From the NCBI GenBank assembly GCA_965153455.1, contig OZ234493.1, positions 4,154,001 through 4,218,000 of the forward strand: a stretch of DNA of 64,000 nucleotides, written 5' to 3'. Position 1 is the first letter of the stretch. Every line of letters starts with the position of its first letter. This document shows positions 51,474-64,000 of the stretch, piece by piece. This DNA is from Sphagnum compactum (Eukaryota). The position numbers and the translations under genes are program-made. The notes beneath the pieces are model-generated. The model made no database searches and was not told the DNA's origin. It saw only the letters and a list, made by a program, of their open reading frames with translations.

Positions 51474-51750
51474 ATAACAGATCTTTCTCAATTCCTCTCC
51501 ATTTTGAATGATTTAAAATGTTGTAGGAGCACCTTCTCAAGCTTTACAACTCATCTCTGAATTGCAAAGCCAAAGGAAAGGAGCAGCTAAAAAAGAGCAA
51601 TAGAGAAAATATAACAGATCTTTCTCAGTTCCTCTCCATTTTGAAAGATTTAAAATGTTATAGGAGCACCTTCTCAAGCTTTACAACTCGTCGACTCTGA
51701 AATGCAAAGCCAAAGGAAAGGAGCAGCCAAAAAAGAGCAATAGAGAAAAT
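51474..51750. repeat. ~138-bp tandem duplication (2 copies)
   Basis: ataacagatctttctca.ttcctctccattttgaa...aaaaagagcaatagagaaaat occurs twice back-to-back with few differences. Confidence 0.9.
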
Positions 51751-54159
51751 GCATTTTTTCAAATTATAGAACGCGATTTTTTTTCCATTTTTCTTCATTT
51801 TGACCCCTCCTACTTTCAAACATCATAATTTTCTTATTTCTTACTTATTGGAAACAACTTAAAATGTTATAGGAGTGTCACCTGAAGTTCTACAAATCAA
51901 CTTGGAATTTTAATAACAATAGAACAACATACAAAGAATTATTATTTTTGGCAAAAAGGTCCCCAAAAAAACATTGAATTTTGGACTTTAAAATGTGCTT
52001 CCCCACACCTCCCTCCTCCCCTCTAATTAATAAAGATCTGAAATCTTTTAAGTCTCCTATGTTTCATGTAGACACCCATTGCAACTGTTTTGTCCTTGAT
52101 TGCAATTTTTCTTGTTTGGTACAAAAGCAAAACCTTGGGCTTTTATTGAAGGATCTGTAACCTTTAAATAAACCTGACACAATTAGTTAAGTTAACAAGT
52201 CCCCCCAAATGTTTTAAGGGTTTGCTAAGTTACTTCCCAAGTTCCCAATCCCCTTTGTTGCAGTTTTCAGCATTAACAATTCATCCATCATTCCCAAGGC
52301 AACATTTCCCCCTCCCCCCCCCCCCCCCCCCCCCCCAATCAAGTTCTAACAGAAAGAGGACAGAAAATTTGTTTCTAAGAATTCATTGGATGGTTTGTTT
52401 GGAGTTTGGAGTAACTTTGGACCATTGTTGTTGGGTGGGTGTTCTTTAACTTTTTATGAAGCACCTTTGGTTCCACTATCATTCATCCAGTTGTTGTTGT
52501 TCTTACTACCTTCCCATTAGCCTTTACTTATGTACTAATCATCCACATACATCTACTTGTCTTTTAGTCATCTACTATCCTCTCTCTAACTGGAGGACCT
52601 ATTTTTCGGAGGATGAAATATCAAGGTGAAACTCAACCCAAACTTGGCTTTCAACATCAACAATTTCATAAGAGGCTTCTAATCAGCCTTTTTTCTTCAA
52701 GCAAGGGGTGGACAAATTTGGTTTTGGCTAGGGAACTACAATAAAGCTTTTGGCCCATTTTGTCATGAATGTTGGTGGGTGAATTGGTAGGCTACTAATT
52801 TCGTTTCCGTCAAGAGCACATGCCCATATTGCCATGATGATCCTCATCGCAATGAGTGAAGATGTGATCCATCACCTACTCCATACTAAAACCCTAGCCT
52901 AAAACCCTATTTATATTCGTCCTTTGTAATTCTAAGCCTTCCCATATTTGATGCCATTTTCCTTCCATGTTCTTGCTTTCATCGTTGTTTCTTTGAGCAA
53001 GAAGTGCACATATTTCATCGAAGTGTAGTTGAACTTTAGATAAAATTGCCAAAATCAATTCCACCGTGTATTGTTAATGCTAGTTTTATGTTTGCAAATT
53101 GTGGGTGTATTGTTTTTTTTGAATGCTAAAAAAAACTAAAACAACTATTGCCAAGTTTCATCTTGTTATGTTTGTTTAACTTTTCTTTTTTTCATAGTTG
53201 TTTTAAATTTATAATAATTTTATACAAATTATATGTGTTCAATGCTTATGGATTTGTGTAAAATTAATGGAATGACTAGTTCAGCTTTGAAAATTGGCAA
53301 TGAAGAATGTTTTTGATTGTAGTGACAATTTGGACAAAACGATGGCATTAACATGTGCACTCAAGGTGTGTTTCACTCTCAAACCTTTTACAAACTTTTT
53401 TTTAAAAATAGCAAGATTTGATGAATGTGCCAAATTAAGAAAATTGTCTTATAATTTCATTTATAGAAATTTGTATATGACATCTTTATTTTTCTTGTTT
53501 CATTGTTTAATTTCCTCTTCAATTTTAGTGTTATATTTACATACTTGTGAAGGTTTTCAATTTTGTAAAGCTTAAAATCCATTGGCATCGATCTATTCAA
53601 TTTTTCACTTCTTTCCCTTTGTGTTTCAATTTTATGTATGTTTGTGATCTTTTGCATTTATAATTCATATACTTGAGATTTTCAACACCATTCTTTTTAA
53701 ATTTGGTTTGCTAGATCTTTGTGAACTTTCTGAGATCTAACTCACATTTTCAAGTTTGTCATGTCTCCTTCAATTTTTTAATTCAACTTGTCCAAGAACC
53801 CTAAGCTCACCATGCACCTTTGCATTGTGTCTATCCAATTTGTTTTCAAGGACATATATAATCCTAGTGGGTTAAGGTTGCCTTTAAGTGGAGCATGGCC
53901 TCCTAAATAGGTAATTAGACTATTTGAAAACCTATATGCACAAAATATGCAAAACCTTTTTTTGAAGTTTGATTTTTTTTTAATAAAATCCTCCTAGGTC
54001 AATAAACCTTTAATAGGTTGTGAAGTTTTTGATTCACAATTGAACTTGCCTTTGAAGAAACAAAAGCCAAATTTGGATGGCCATGGGAAGAAGCACAAAA
54101 AGTCCTACAATAATAATGAAAAAAAATTCAAAACAAAGTGGGTAGCCGAGTTGCCATGG

Positions 54160-54789
54160 GGGTAGATGCAAGGTTAAGTGGCTCATTTTCAGCAGATAAA
54201 AAGTCTTTAAAAGTTCATTTTTTGGTGTTGAATTAACATAAATGGGGGACTATGGGTTGGTTAGTGAATTAATTAAATTCATATGAAAATATACCCACTT
54301 AAATCTTTTTGACATACATTCTATAAGGAAAAAATCATCAATCCAACAAAAAATGACCCATGTAAAGACTTTTGAAAATAAGGTTCAGATTTTGATCATT
54401 CAAAGGTCCACAACTATATTTTGGTTAAAGCTTTTGTAATGAAGTTTTCAAATCTATGTTTGTTATTCTTTCATCTATCAAATATTAAGTCCCTATGAGA
54501 TATATTTTCAAAAAATGATATTGAAAATTTCATGTGTATGATGAGAAGCGCAAACGGTCGGGACAATACATATGTTTTCACTTCAAAAGTCCATTACTAA
54601 ATATTAGGTGCACATTTACTGTGCACAAATTACATAGATAGTTTCTTATTGAAGTTGAAAATCTTAAACCAAGTCCCAATTGTGCATATAAATGGTTTTA
54701 TGGCATGTTAATGGCATGTTAATTGACTACACCCTGCAAAAAATGACAATGGGACACAAAAAGTGAACCACTATAGCTTGCATTCACTC
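54160..54789. mobile_element. 630-bp non-autonomous TIR element with a 4-bp TSD (Sola-like termini)
   Basis: Left end gggtagatgcaaggttaagtggctcatttt matches the reverse complement of the right end, gagtgaatgcaagctatagtggttcactttt. The TSD is ATGG (54156-54159 and 54790-54793). Removing the element restores the L-P-W-A-K codons of the host transposase. Confidence 0.75.
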
Positions 54790-55372
54790 ATGGGCAAAGG
54801 TTTAGTGTCAAAGGATGGGTTTATTCACAATGTGAAGTGTATGTTTACTTTAAATGTTGAGACCAAGGACAAGATTGTTAAGGGTACAAGTGTGATACTT
54901 TAACGAAACATGTGGGTCATAGGATTGCTATGCATGACTTGCTTAGGCTTGGGGTGAAAAAAGGTGGGGAATACATTGCAAAAGATTGTGCCCATTTGAA
55001 AACCGTGAGGTTGTATGCCTATGGATATTTACAAATCAATTTTGGTCCAAGTGTACAAACATGTAGGTGAGTAAATCAACAAACAATTCAAAACAATATG
55101 TTTCATGTTATTACCCATGGTTGCCCAATGTTGGAGTTTGAAACCTTGTATGAGTTATTTGTTAAATTTAGACGTCCAATCCAATTATACACTAGTATGA
55201 TATTGTTGGTTGGATCCTTGTTGAATTCATGCACATCCAACTCTAAGACATTGGTGTCAAGGCCATACAATCTTTTCAATTCATAACCAACTCTTATGAC
55301 AAAGTTATAAACATTGAGAATGGGTCTTGCATATGTGTCCATGCATATGTGATTGATTGTTAGACCAAGGTA

Positions 55373-56403
55373 CACTAGAAAAAATCTTGCCTTTTTGTAA
55401 CCAATTAATTTGTGATTACACATGATTAATTGTCACATGCAATTTACTTCTAGTCATTTTCGTAATTATTTCAAAGTTCAATGATGTTAAATTATTTTTG
55501 TGATTGTGTTGTGAGCAATTGCTTGTTCATCCTTCCAAAAGGATGATTTCTAAAATTATTTTCATTCAAGAACAACCTTTTATGTCTCATTAATTGCAAT
55601 ATTAACCAACATCTGATAACCATTATGATGTGAACCTAGCCCCTAGAGTTATACTATGGTCTATTAAAAGTACATTAGGGGCATGTTTAGGTTCTAACAT
55701 ATTAGGCTAGGTTAGGATTCACTAGGTTGGGTAGCATATTAATTATAACTGATATATAAGCTAGCATAAACTATTATAACCTATAGCTAGTCAATATTGT
55801 AACTAGGTATTATTATGTATAGTTAGGAGGCTAAGGTAAGTTAAGGAGGTTAAGGTATGTTAGGTAGGTTATATAGGCTAAGTTGGAAAACTTAGATAGG
55901 TTAAATTAGGTAGTTAGATTAGGTAGACTAACAATTTATGTTAAGCTGAATAAATTACATAAGGTATTACTCTGAGCTACATATGATAGGATAAAGCATG
56001 GTACTTTAAATAAGTTAGGTACCTTTTACTTACCTATTTAATATTTTACTTAGGTAGGTAGGTAGGTAAGTAGGTAGGTAGGGTAGGTTAAGTAGGTCCA
56101 TGCGTTTGTTTTTTATTTGCTTGTAAACATGACATGTGTTGCATGATTATGGGTTAACAAAATAGTCAAATGAATGGTAGATTTGTTGCAAATCTTGAAT
56201 GTATATATGAACATTCAACAAATGAAACCATACGAGTTGATTGCATATTTCATCGTTAAAATGATGACATCATTTTTACAACTTTTTGTCGACATGTAAT
56301 TTGTTTCACACAACTATGTTGATTTTTAATTGCAAATGTTGCTTGCAAGTTGTGACTAAAATATAGTCATAAACACTAGTTGTAAATCTTTTTTTCTCTA
56401 ATG
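55373..56403. mobile_element. Probable CACTA-type non-autonomous element nested in the hAT relic
   Basis: It starts CACTAGAAAAAA and ends TTTTTTCTCTAATG (a degenerate inverted repeat). The flanks GTA/ATA are a 3-bp TSD with one mismatch. It contains a TAGG microsatellite. Confidence 0.45.
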
Positions 56404-59400
56404 ATATTTATATTTGGTATGTGAATAGATCATGTCATAACAGTTCATCATTGAAGTCATTATAATGCATTGTTGAATCTAAGCAAGAGGTTGACCAAGG
56501 AGGAACTATCCTATTCATGCCTTTTTGAAATGGATTATTTCAAGGGGAAGGGAAAAGAGGAATCACAAGGCAAATTGAAGATTCAAGGGGTGCCATTTTT
56601 CTATAGGTGTTTATTGTTTTTTTCATAAGGTTAACATGACAATCTAATTCCCCCATGAAGTCATTTTTTGTATATTTTATGAACATTGGACATAAAAGGG
56701 TATTTTTTGCATGTTATGAAATAATAAACTATCAAAGGTATGTTCCATTAAAATTGAAAATATTATATCTGGTATATTCCATTAAAATTGAAAATATTCT
56801 ATCTACATTGTAATTTTATTTTCATAATCAATTTTAAGCACCATATTTTCATTCAAGGAAATTATAGATTTTATTTTTTTCTAATCAGTTGCACCCTTCT
56901 TTTTTTGAATTATATTTTGAAAAAAAATAGAGATAATTTTCAATGGTCCAATCCTTGGGGAATTTGATCCTTGTTGCTAGATTGAAACCTTCATGTGTCA
57001 AGCCAAAAAGGAAATTGGAGTTTTAAAAATTTGTCCATTCAAGTCTTGAAGACCACTTGAAGAATATAATTTTAAAGAATGTCATGATGAGATGGTGTCC
57101 ATGTCAAAGCTTCAAAAGAATATCATGGCAGAACATTGTCCTTTGCTTGTGGTGATGCAAATTGGTTGTAATTCGACTAAAGTGGCAAAGGTAAGGCCTA
57201 TTATGCTTTTGTTTTCTATTTTATAAGTTTGAACTAAATGCATCCCATGTATTTTTTTGAGTTTTTTTACTTTATGTGATGTCTATGGTAGGAAAACTTG
57301 GGTGGCATTTCTAACATACATTTGTTACTCAAGCTTGTTTATGTTTTGTTGTTGATGAAAATCATACAATTTCTTGTGAAATTTTCTCAATAGAACAATA
57401 ATTTCATTTGTGACTTCTTAACTATGTTGAAGGTTTGCCAAAATCAATTGTACACTTTGTTTTGTAACACCCCTTCTTGTTTCCAAGTCAGTGAATATTG
57501 GTCCTTTCATGCTCATGTTACAAGGTGACCAATGCAACGTACTATTCATATGAAGTAGGTGATTAATTATCATACAAATTCCATTGAACATCTTGCATTT
57601 GTTTTATGTAGTGAAAAAACATGGGTTCATTGGGGTGCAGTTTGATTGGAAATGGGTGTTATGCCACTTGTGACATAGGCAACATTTGCACACATAATAC
57701 AACTTGTGAAAGTTGAATGCAAACATAAGTTCTTAATCATTTTTTAATTTTGTCACTTGTATTCTTTCACTTGGTATGGTGGAGTGGTAGAAACAATAAA
57801 TGATTTACAAAATCTCTTAATGTTATTTTCTATTTTGCAAAAGAAAAAAATCATTTGGATTTGTAGAAAAGTTTGATTCAATATAATTTTATGTGGTCTA
57901 CGATAAAGTTCAAATCCATTTATTTATTAATGCAAATGTTCATGATGTTGTGTATTGTGTTGGGATCCTGGCAAAGACTACTTAAGGCTTAATTGGGAAG
58001 TTGGATGCCCAGTTTCTTGAGCAATTAGTGATGGATGCCATAAGGATTCACAATATTGGTTACATGTAAATGTAGAGATGACCTTTCCTCGGCATTTGGA
58101 GGTCTTGAAAAGATTTATTGCAACCCACATCCATGTGAACAATATAAGAAATGTCATGTGTTATAATGTCAATGTTTGCAACCATCATTATCCGACAATG
58201 ACACACAAAACAACATAAACCTTTTTAATGACACTATAAATAAAACTTATTTTGTGCTTGTTTTTCAAGTTCATGTTTTTTGGCAATAAATTAATTGTAC
58301 TTGGAGTCCTATAAGATTTTGCAAGTTTGCAAGCTTATGTTGCAAATGAATAACATTTGGATTTTAAAAAATGGATTGAGACACCCCACTTAGGGGCTTA
58401 TCCCCCTCCAAACATCTAAATGTCAAGAATGACGTTCACGTTGGAACTAGTCCATGCTAACCTAGTTTATGTAATGTAACCATGACATATCCACTTAAAC
58501 ATATTGAAATTGTTGACAAAAAGGCCAACATTCTCCTATGGTCCTAACCATTCTTTCATGGTGAAATTTGGATGCTGAACATAGCGTTTTTAAATTGACA
58601 ATGAAATCCAATGTTGCTCAAGCCATGGCTGAAATAATGGTCATCACATTTGACAATGTTAACCTTGTCATTGTTGATTCCCTCGTGCATATGTGGTGAG
58701 CAATCCATTCATCACAATTGTTGTTTCATTCTTTTTCAAAGTGTTTAAAGTTGGCCAAAATTGCTATGTTTCATATTGTTGACCCTATTAAAGAAGTGTG
58801 TGGCACAATGGTTTGAACTTTCACTTGTAATTAATTGTTGCTATGTATGCATCAAAGTTCTTCACACTTGATATCTTAACAAACGAGGTGGCCTATGATA
58901 TTGGTTAAATGTTCAATCAACAAATGGTCAAGGTTGATATGTTTGAAATGTGAAGCTACTTTTGTGCCCCTCTTTTACATGACATGTTGCTAGACGATGT
59001 TTCATCAACTTTGGCTCATTGCCATATTTTCTATGGATGATTAATATCCATAGCTACAAAACACCGTAGACAGAGTTTCCGTAGTTAGCTCATATACATA
59101 TCGTTTCCGTAGTATGATCACCAAGATGAACTATGGATTGTTTTGCTCAATAACTCAAGGGCACATTGATTACAATGGCAACAGCCAGAGAAATTGTAAT
59201 TGGAGGGATGAATGGCACACCCAAATTTCAAAAAGTCTAGTGGGTGAGTGAAGAAGAGGTGATAATAATGCAAGTGTTTTTAATTTTGCATGAAGAATTC
59301 AATGAGAAGGTGTGAGGGAGATACTTTTGAATTTGTGATCAGAGTTCTATTAACTCAAGCTCTTCACTTTAGCCTTGCAAGGACAAGAGGCATTTCAGGC

Positions 59401-60421
59401 ATATATATGTATATATATGACTGGCAAGCCTGGCCTGGCCTGGCCTGGCCTTTTGGATCCAGCAAATATCTAGTCCAGAGGTCATTCATTTGTCACACTT
59501 TCAGTTGAAACTACACACATACCCAAAGAAGAGAGAGATGTCAATTTTCACAAGTAATGCAACAAATTCATCCAATTGAAAAAAAAATTCATCTTGTTTT
59601 CCTCCTCCCAAATGTTCCTTTTCCTTTGTATTTTCAATTGCCCAGGTTCTCAATTAATTATCAAGGTGAAACCAAATATGAACGTGGTCGAGGTTCATCC
59701 ACAACTGAGTAATAACGAGCATCCAGTGGATGATGGTGCACTGGCGGGTGCTGGAGGAGTTAAATTTCTGTCTCAACAGACGAGGAGGCACATTTAGTAG
59801 TAGAACATGCCTCCTCTCCTCGCAAAGCAAAATCACTGCACATCGACTTTATAAGCCAAACTTCAAATGGGAAAATTCTGAAAGTTTGGGTCCTATGCTT
59901 GGCTTGCTCATCTCATACATTACCACCCTTCTCTCGAGGTTCTCAGAATGGGCCCATTATTCTGGATTCTTACCCGACACCTTTTTTCACCTACGTCTTC
60001 CCTTGTTTTGAAAACCCATCCCAAAACCGTTTTCCAAACCCTAACTTGTTTTGAACACTCAATCTTCAATATTGGGAGATTGGGATAGCGTCCCCCATTA
60101 GTATATTCTGAAAACCCATCCCAAAACCCTTTTCCAAACCCTAAATGGGTCTCGGGAATCTTACTACATACAACAATCTTAACCGACTTAGAAAAAATCT
60201 CTTCCCCGACACACATTGCAAAAATTGTCACCCAAAATAATTCCAAAAATAAAAAAAAAAGAAATATATGATGAGCTCAGGGGCCATTACAATTCCGTAA
60301 GAAAAGATTTAAAGCATCATCATCATTACCGTCATAATCATAATTTTACGACGGCAAAGGAAGTAAACAAAGCCCTAAGTAAATGGTTCAGACCCCCCCC
60401 CCCCCCGGCTCCTCCCCTTAT

Positions 60422-60890
60422 GGCAAGTTCAAAGTATCAACAAGATGTCTATTTTTTATTTTATTTTTTAATAAATGGGGTTTAAATGTAGTTTTGGGAA
60501 CATTTTCATGAAGTTCCCAACAAAATGAAATTCACAAGGGGGCAAGTTCAAAGTATCAACAAGATGTCTATTTCTATATATTTTTTAAAAATGGGGATTA
60601 AATGTAGTTTTGGGAACTTTTTCATGAAGTTCCCAACAAAATGAAATTCACAAGGGGTACGATCAAAGTATCAACAAGATGGTCTCTATTTTTAAATTCT
60701 TTTATAAATGGAGTTTAAATGTAGTTTTGGGAACATTTTCATGAAGTTCCCAACAAAATGAAATTCACAAGGGGGTAAGTTCAAAGTATCAACAAGATTG
60801 TCTCTATTTTTAAATTCTTTTATAAAGGGAGTTTAAATGTAGTTTTGGGAACATTTTTTTCATCAAGTTCCCAACAAAATGAAATTCACA
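60422..60890. repeat. ~118-bp tandem repeat, 4 copies
   Basis: Unit ..tcaaagtatcaacaagat...aaatgtagttttgggaac.ttttcatgaagttcccaacaaaatgaaattcaca. Each unit contains the inverted pair ttgggaac/gttcccaa. Confidence 0.9.
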
Positions 60891-62839
60891 CAATATTAGA
60901 ACTTTATAACTAATCTCAAGTTTCAACACAAGCCAAAATATCATGTTTCAAAAAAATCCTCATATAATAAAAATAGACCTATTATTATTATTATTTACCT
61001 AGGGGCCTATAAAAATCCCTTAAGCTACTATTATACTCTATAAATGAATCTAAACACAATATCCTTCTGTACACTTCTTGGGCTTTTGTGGGGGAGGGGG
61101 AAGGGGGGCAAAGGAGGAATGGATAAACATGCATGATGGAAGGTGAAAAGAAAGAAGCTCCGGAATCAAAATACCCTATTCCAATTCAATCACCAACTTG
61201 CTTTTGATGATGTCGGGGTCCTGGCTTTGCTCTTGCACTTGCAAAAAAGTTTTGTTGTCGGTGTTTTTTTTTCCTCCCAAACCGATTGAACTTTGAAGTT
61301 TATACTTCAAACCGTGCTGGCCTACCCCGCCCTGTTACCAAGCCCTGTCACCCGCTGCTTCTCTGGCCTATCCCTCCCTCATCCCCCAAAACCTCCGTCA
61401 CAAACAGACTTATTAAATTAATATATATGATACCTTACCTTCGCAGCAGCTTAGACACATATTTAATGAATAATTAATTCATTTAAAAAAATATTTTGAA
61501 AATTTCAGTATTTTTCTTCACAATTTTTTTTGTCACTTGAATTTTATATAATATAATTTTTGTCAAAGCTACTACCAAGGTAGAGCCAGGGTATATAGAA
61601 ATATTTTTCTTTGATAATATGTGGGAGGTGTGAAGATCTCATTCCAGCCGCAACGTTATGGATGAGGAAGAAAGGAAGGGACACCTCAGGTGAAGAGGTC
61701 AAGACTATGATCTCACTTTGGTGCAAAAAGGGAAACAAAATTTTCTTTTTCAAAAGTAAGCATTAAAGTATAGTACAAGGGCAGCTTCAACACACGTATG
61801 TATGTAGAATAATTAATTAAATTTGAAAATTCATGTCAAAAATTTAAAAAAATTCAAAGATTCTTTAATTTCCTTCCCAAAATTTTCTTTGTTCTTTTGA
61901 AAAAAAAATTAATTTGAGGGGAAAATTTCAACATTTCTGAAAATAATATAATTAGTGTCGAAGCTACAAATGGTATATGGTCTTGTGGGACATCCGGGTT
62001 TTACAAATTTTTGTCTTCTACTACCATCAAATTTTGTTTTCCTTCTTTTTTGCCCTTTTTTGTGGGTTTGTTTTGGCAGCAAGCTCTCCCTCCCCCCCCC
62101 CCCCCCCAACTCCCTTTTTGAAGCATGAGGTGTTGTACTAGTTTTGGTACGTATATTGTGAATTTTGGTGGTCGGTTTTGGTACTTTTTGTAGCTAAAAA
62201 ACACCAGTTAATATTGTTATTTTTGTATTTATTGCAGCATGCGACGATTCGTCTCAATTGAGGGCGTCTAAGGGTCTCTTTCCATTAGGTTGTTGTGATC
62301 ACAGTAGTTACTACACACACTGTGTGTGTGTGTAACTGCGCTCTTGGATCTAATGGGAAAAGCCACTGACATAAGGCCTTGTTTTTCTTGTCGCTGCTGG
62401 GTAAGTTCGTTCTGTTCTGTTATGATATCATCTTGATTTTTCGCACTTTATAACACGTTTTTGCATTGAGATTTTTGTAATCTTAAGCAATTAGCTCATC
62501 CTCCCGTACTGCAGATGTTTTGAGAAGAGGAAGAAGAAGTAAGTTGCTTCTAAGAAGTAGCTTGGAAGCTCTGTTTCTTTTGTGCGTGTAAGTACTTAGC
62601 AGTCTGCAGATGAGGAAAGAGACACACACACACACACACACACACACAGAGCAGGGATCTAATGGTCGGTCGACAAATAAGAAGAAAATCCCAATTTTTT
62701 TTTTTTCTTATTTGAGGATGTTGTGCAGTTGTTGTAATCGATTTTTTTTTGGTGGGTGTTTTTGGTTTCAGTAAACAAGAAGGATTTGCAGTTTCGACAG
62801 TAAAGATATGGCAATATACAACACCCGAAAATTGGCTAC

Positions 62840-63030
62840 AGTTAGAATTCTTGTATAAGAAGAAGAAGAGGAAGCTAGAATTGTTGTTTAAGAAGCAGAA
62901 GAAGAAGAGGAGGAAGCTAGAATTCTTGTACAAGAAGAAGAAGAAGAAGAAGAAGCTAGAATTATATAAGAAGCAGAAGAAGAAGAGGAAGCTAGAATTT
63001 TTGTGTAAGAAGCAGAAGAAGGAGAAGAAG
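62840..63030. repeat. Purine-rich ~30-33-bp tandem repeat (agctagaatt..aagaagaag, about 5 copies) upstream of the lipase ATG
   Basis: Read directly from the sequence. It produces the K-rich ORF 62749-63054. Confidence 0.8.
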
Positions 63031-63178
63031 AAGCCGGCTGCTATGGAGAACTAGATTAAGCAGAAGATGCTGCAGGTGGTGCAGCTTCTTGTTGCTGTGT
63101 TGTGGTGATCATCAGCTCGGTCTTCTTCATGTCGCACGGGAGTAATATATCGGTGGTGACTACAATAACTCCTTGACC

Positions 63179-64000
63179 ATGGGAACCATGAAATCAATAA
63201 GTTCGGTATGGGTTGTGACGCAGTTCTGCATCACGTCGCTGCTGCTACTAACAATGTTAGCAAGTAGTCGCAGCAGCAGGAGTAGTACCACTGCACAGGC
63301 GGCGACAGGAGCGCCATCAGCAGGACCGGTAGCTTCTTCTTCTGTTGCAGCTCCACCGGCGCAGAACAACTCCACCGGGTTCTGTCAAGCGTTTATTGTT
63401 TCCTCGGACTACACCTGCTCCGAATACATGGTGGGTTGTTGTTGTTGTTGTTGTTGTCGTCGTCGTTGGTGTTCCAAGTGCCTTTCAGGTCTTCAGCTGC
63501 AGTTGTGAATATTAGATTGCCGGCAGCAGCAGCAGCAGGTGCGAACAACTTGAGTGACGAGTCCGCAATTCCTTTGCATGGGTGTAGGTGGAGACTGTGG
63601 ATGGCTATTTGCTTGCGATTCAACGCATTGCAGCAGTGGCGGCGCCGGCAGCAAAGGGACCCGCTTTCTTGTACCATGGCATCATGGAGGTTGTTACCTA
63701 GCTATACATCTCTAGTCCCTGCAGCTTTCGTGCTTCCTTCAATCGTTCGTGTCACTCTTCAGAGATTGCAGCTAGTGAACTGACGACTGGGACCTCAAGA
63801 TTCTTGGCTGAAAAATGTGGCCAGACGATTGAGCATGATGAGTCTCTTCTCTTTCAATATACGCATGATATAGAATCAAAAAGTGACGCGATCTGTGGTT
63901 GGTGTGTCCGGCGCGCATGCAGGGAGGAGACATTTGGGTGTTGAATCCGGGTGAGGAGTCGCTAGCCTTCTTGCTAGCAAACGCGGGATACGAAGTTTGG
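63179..64000 (+). CDS. Triacylglycerol lipase of the acid/gastric lipase-like family (plant LIP1/LIP2 type); 5' part only, runs off the window
   Basis: Exons 63179-63430 (signal-peptide-like N-terminus, GFC....DYTCSEY), 63588-63689 (VETVDGYLLAIQRI...PAFLYHGI) and 63923-64000 (GGDIWVLNPGEESLAFLLANAGYEVW). These match the Abhydro_lipase N-terminal motifs, and the introns are GT-AG. Confidence 0.92.

Larger units (their letters stand above)
54050..58930 (+). mobile_element. Degenerate hAT-like transposase relic interrupted by nested insertions
   Basis: KFKTKWVAELPW (54123-54159) continues in register as AKGLVSKDGFIHNVKC after a 630-bp insertion. FHVITHGCPMLEFETLYELF occurs near 55100. SSQLL..LKLAKIAM near 58700-58770 resembles the hAT C-terminal dimerisation region. 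Confidence 0.55.

Noticed and set aside
50791-51491. Minus-strand ORFs with splice-like signals
   Set aside because: No recognisable product or consistent exon chain could be built.
59782-59816. gaggaggca...tgcctcctc hairpin as a miRNA candidate
   Set aside because: The stem is only about 9-12 bp, too short for a miRNA precursor.
62749-63054. 101-aa lysine-rich ORF
   Set aside because: It has a non-ATG start and is generated by the AAG-rich tandem repeat.

Overview
This is eukaryotic land-plant nuclear DNA. Gene style, AT-rich intergenic DNA full of transposon relics and frequent short TTTAGGG runs suggest a moss such as Sphagnum (inference, not checked). There are four intron-containing protein genes: a 13-exon HAS1/DDX18-type DEAD-box helicase (-, 8983-13755), a 23-exon FCA-like RNA-binding protein (+, 28295-37713), a 2-exon cytosolic phytocystatin (+, 47719-48281) and the first 3 exons of a secreted LIP1/LIP2-type lipase (+, 63179 to the window end). 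A full-length U2 snRNA copy (+, 7095-7291) sits inside a fossil, internally duplicated protein-coding sequence. Intergenic DNA holds LINE, Ty3/Gypsy and hAT relics, CACTA-type non-autonomous elements with target-site duplications (TSDs), a 630-bp terminal-inverted-repeat (TIR) element with a 4-bp TSD, and several minisatellites. The most notable observation is the FCA-like gene. It encodes RRM-RRM-polyQ-WW plus a third CELF/Bruno-type RRM, and one RRM3 exon, read in the frame produced by skipping the 85-nt upstream exon, gives a peptide resembling the angiosperm FCA C-terminus as I recall it (QEWxxKxKxAG). All gene models were built by hand from splice signals and reading frames.
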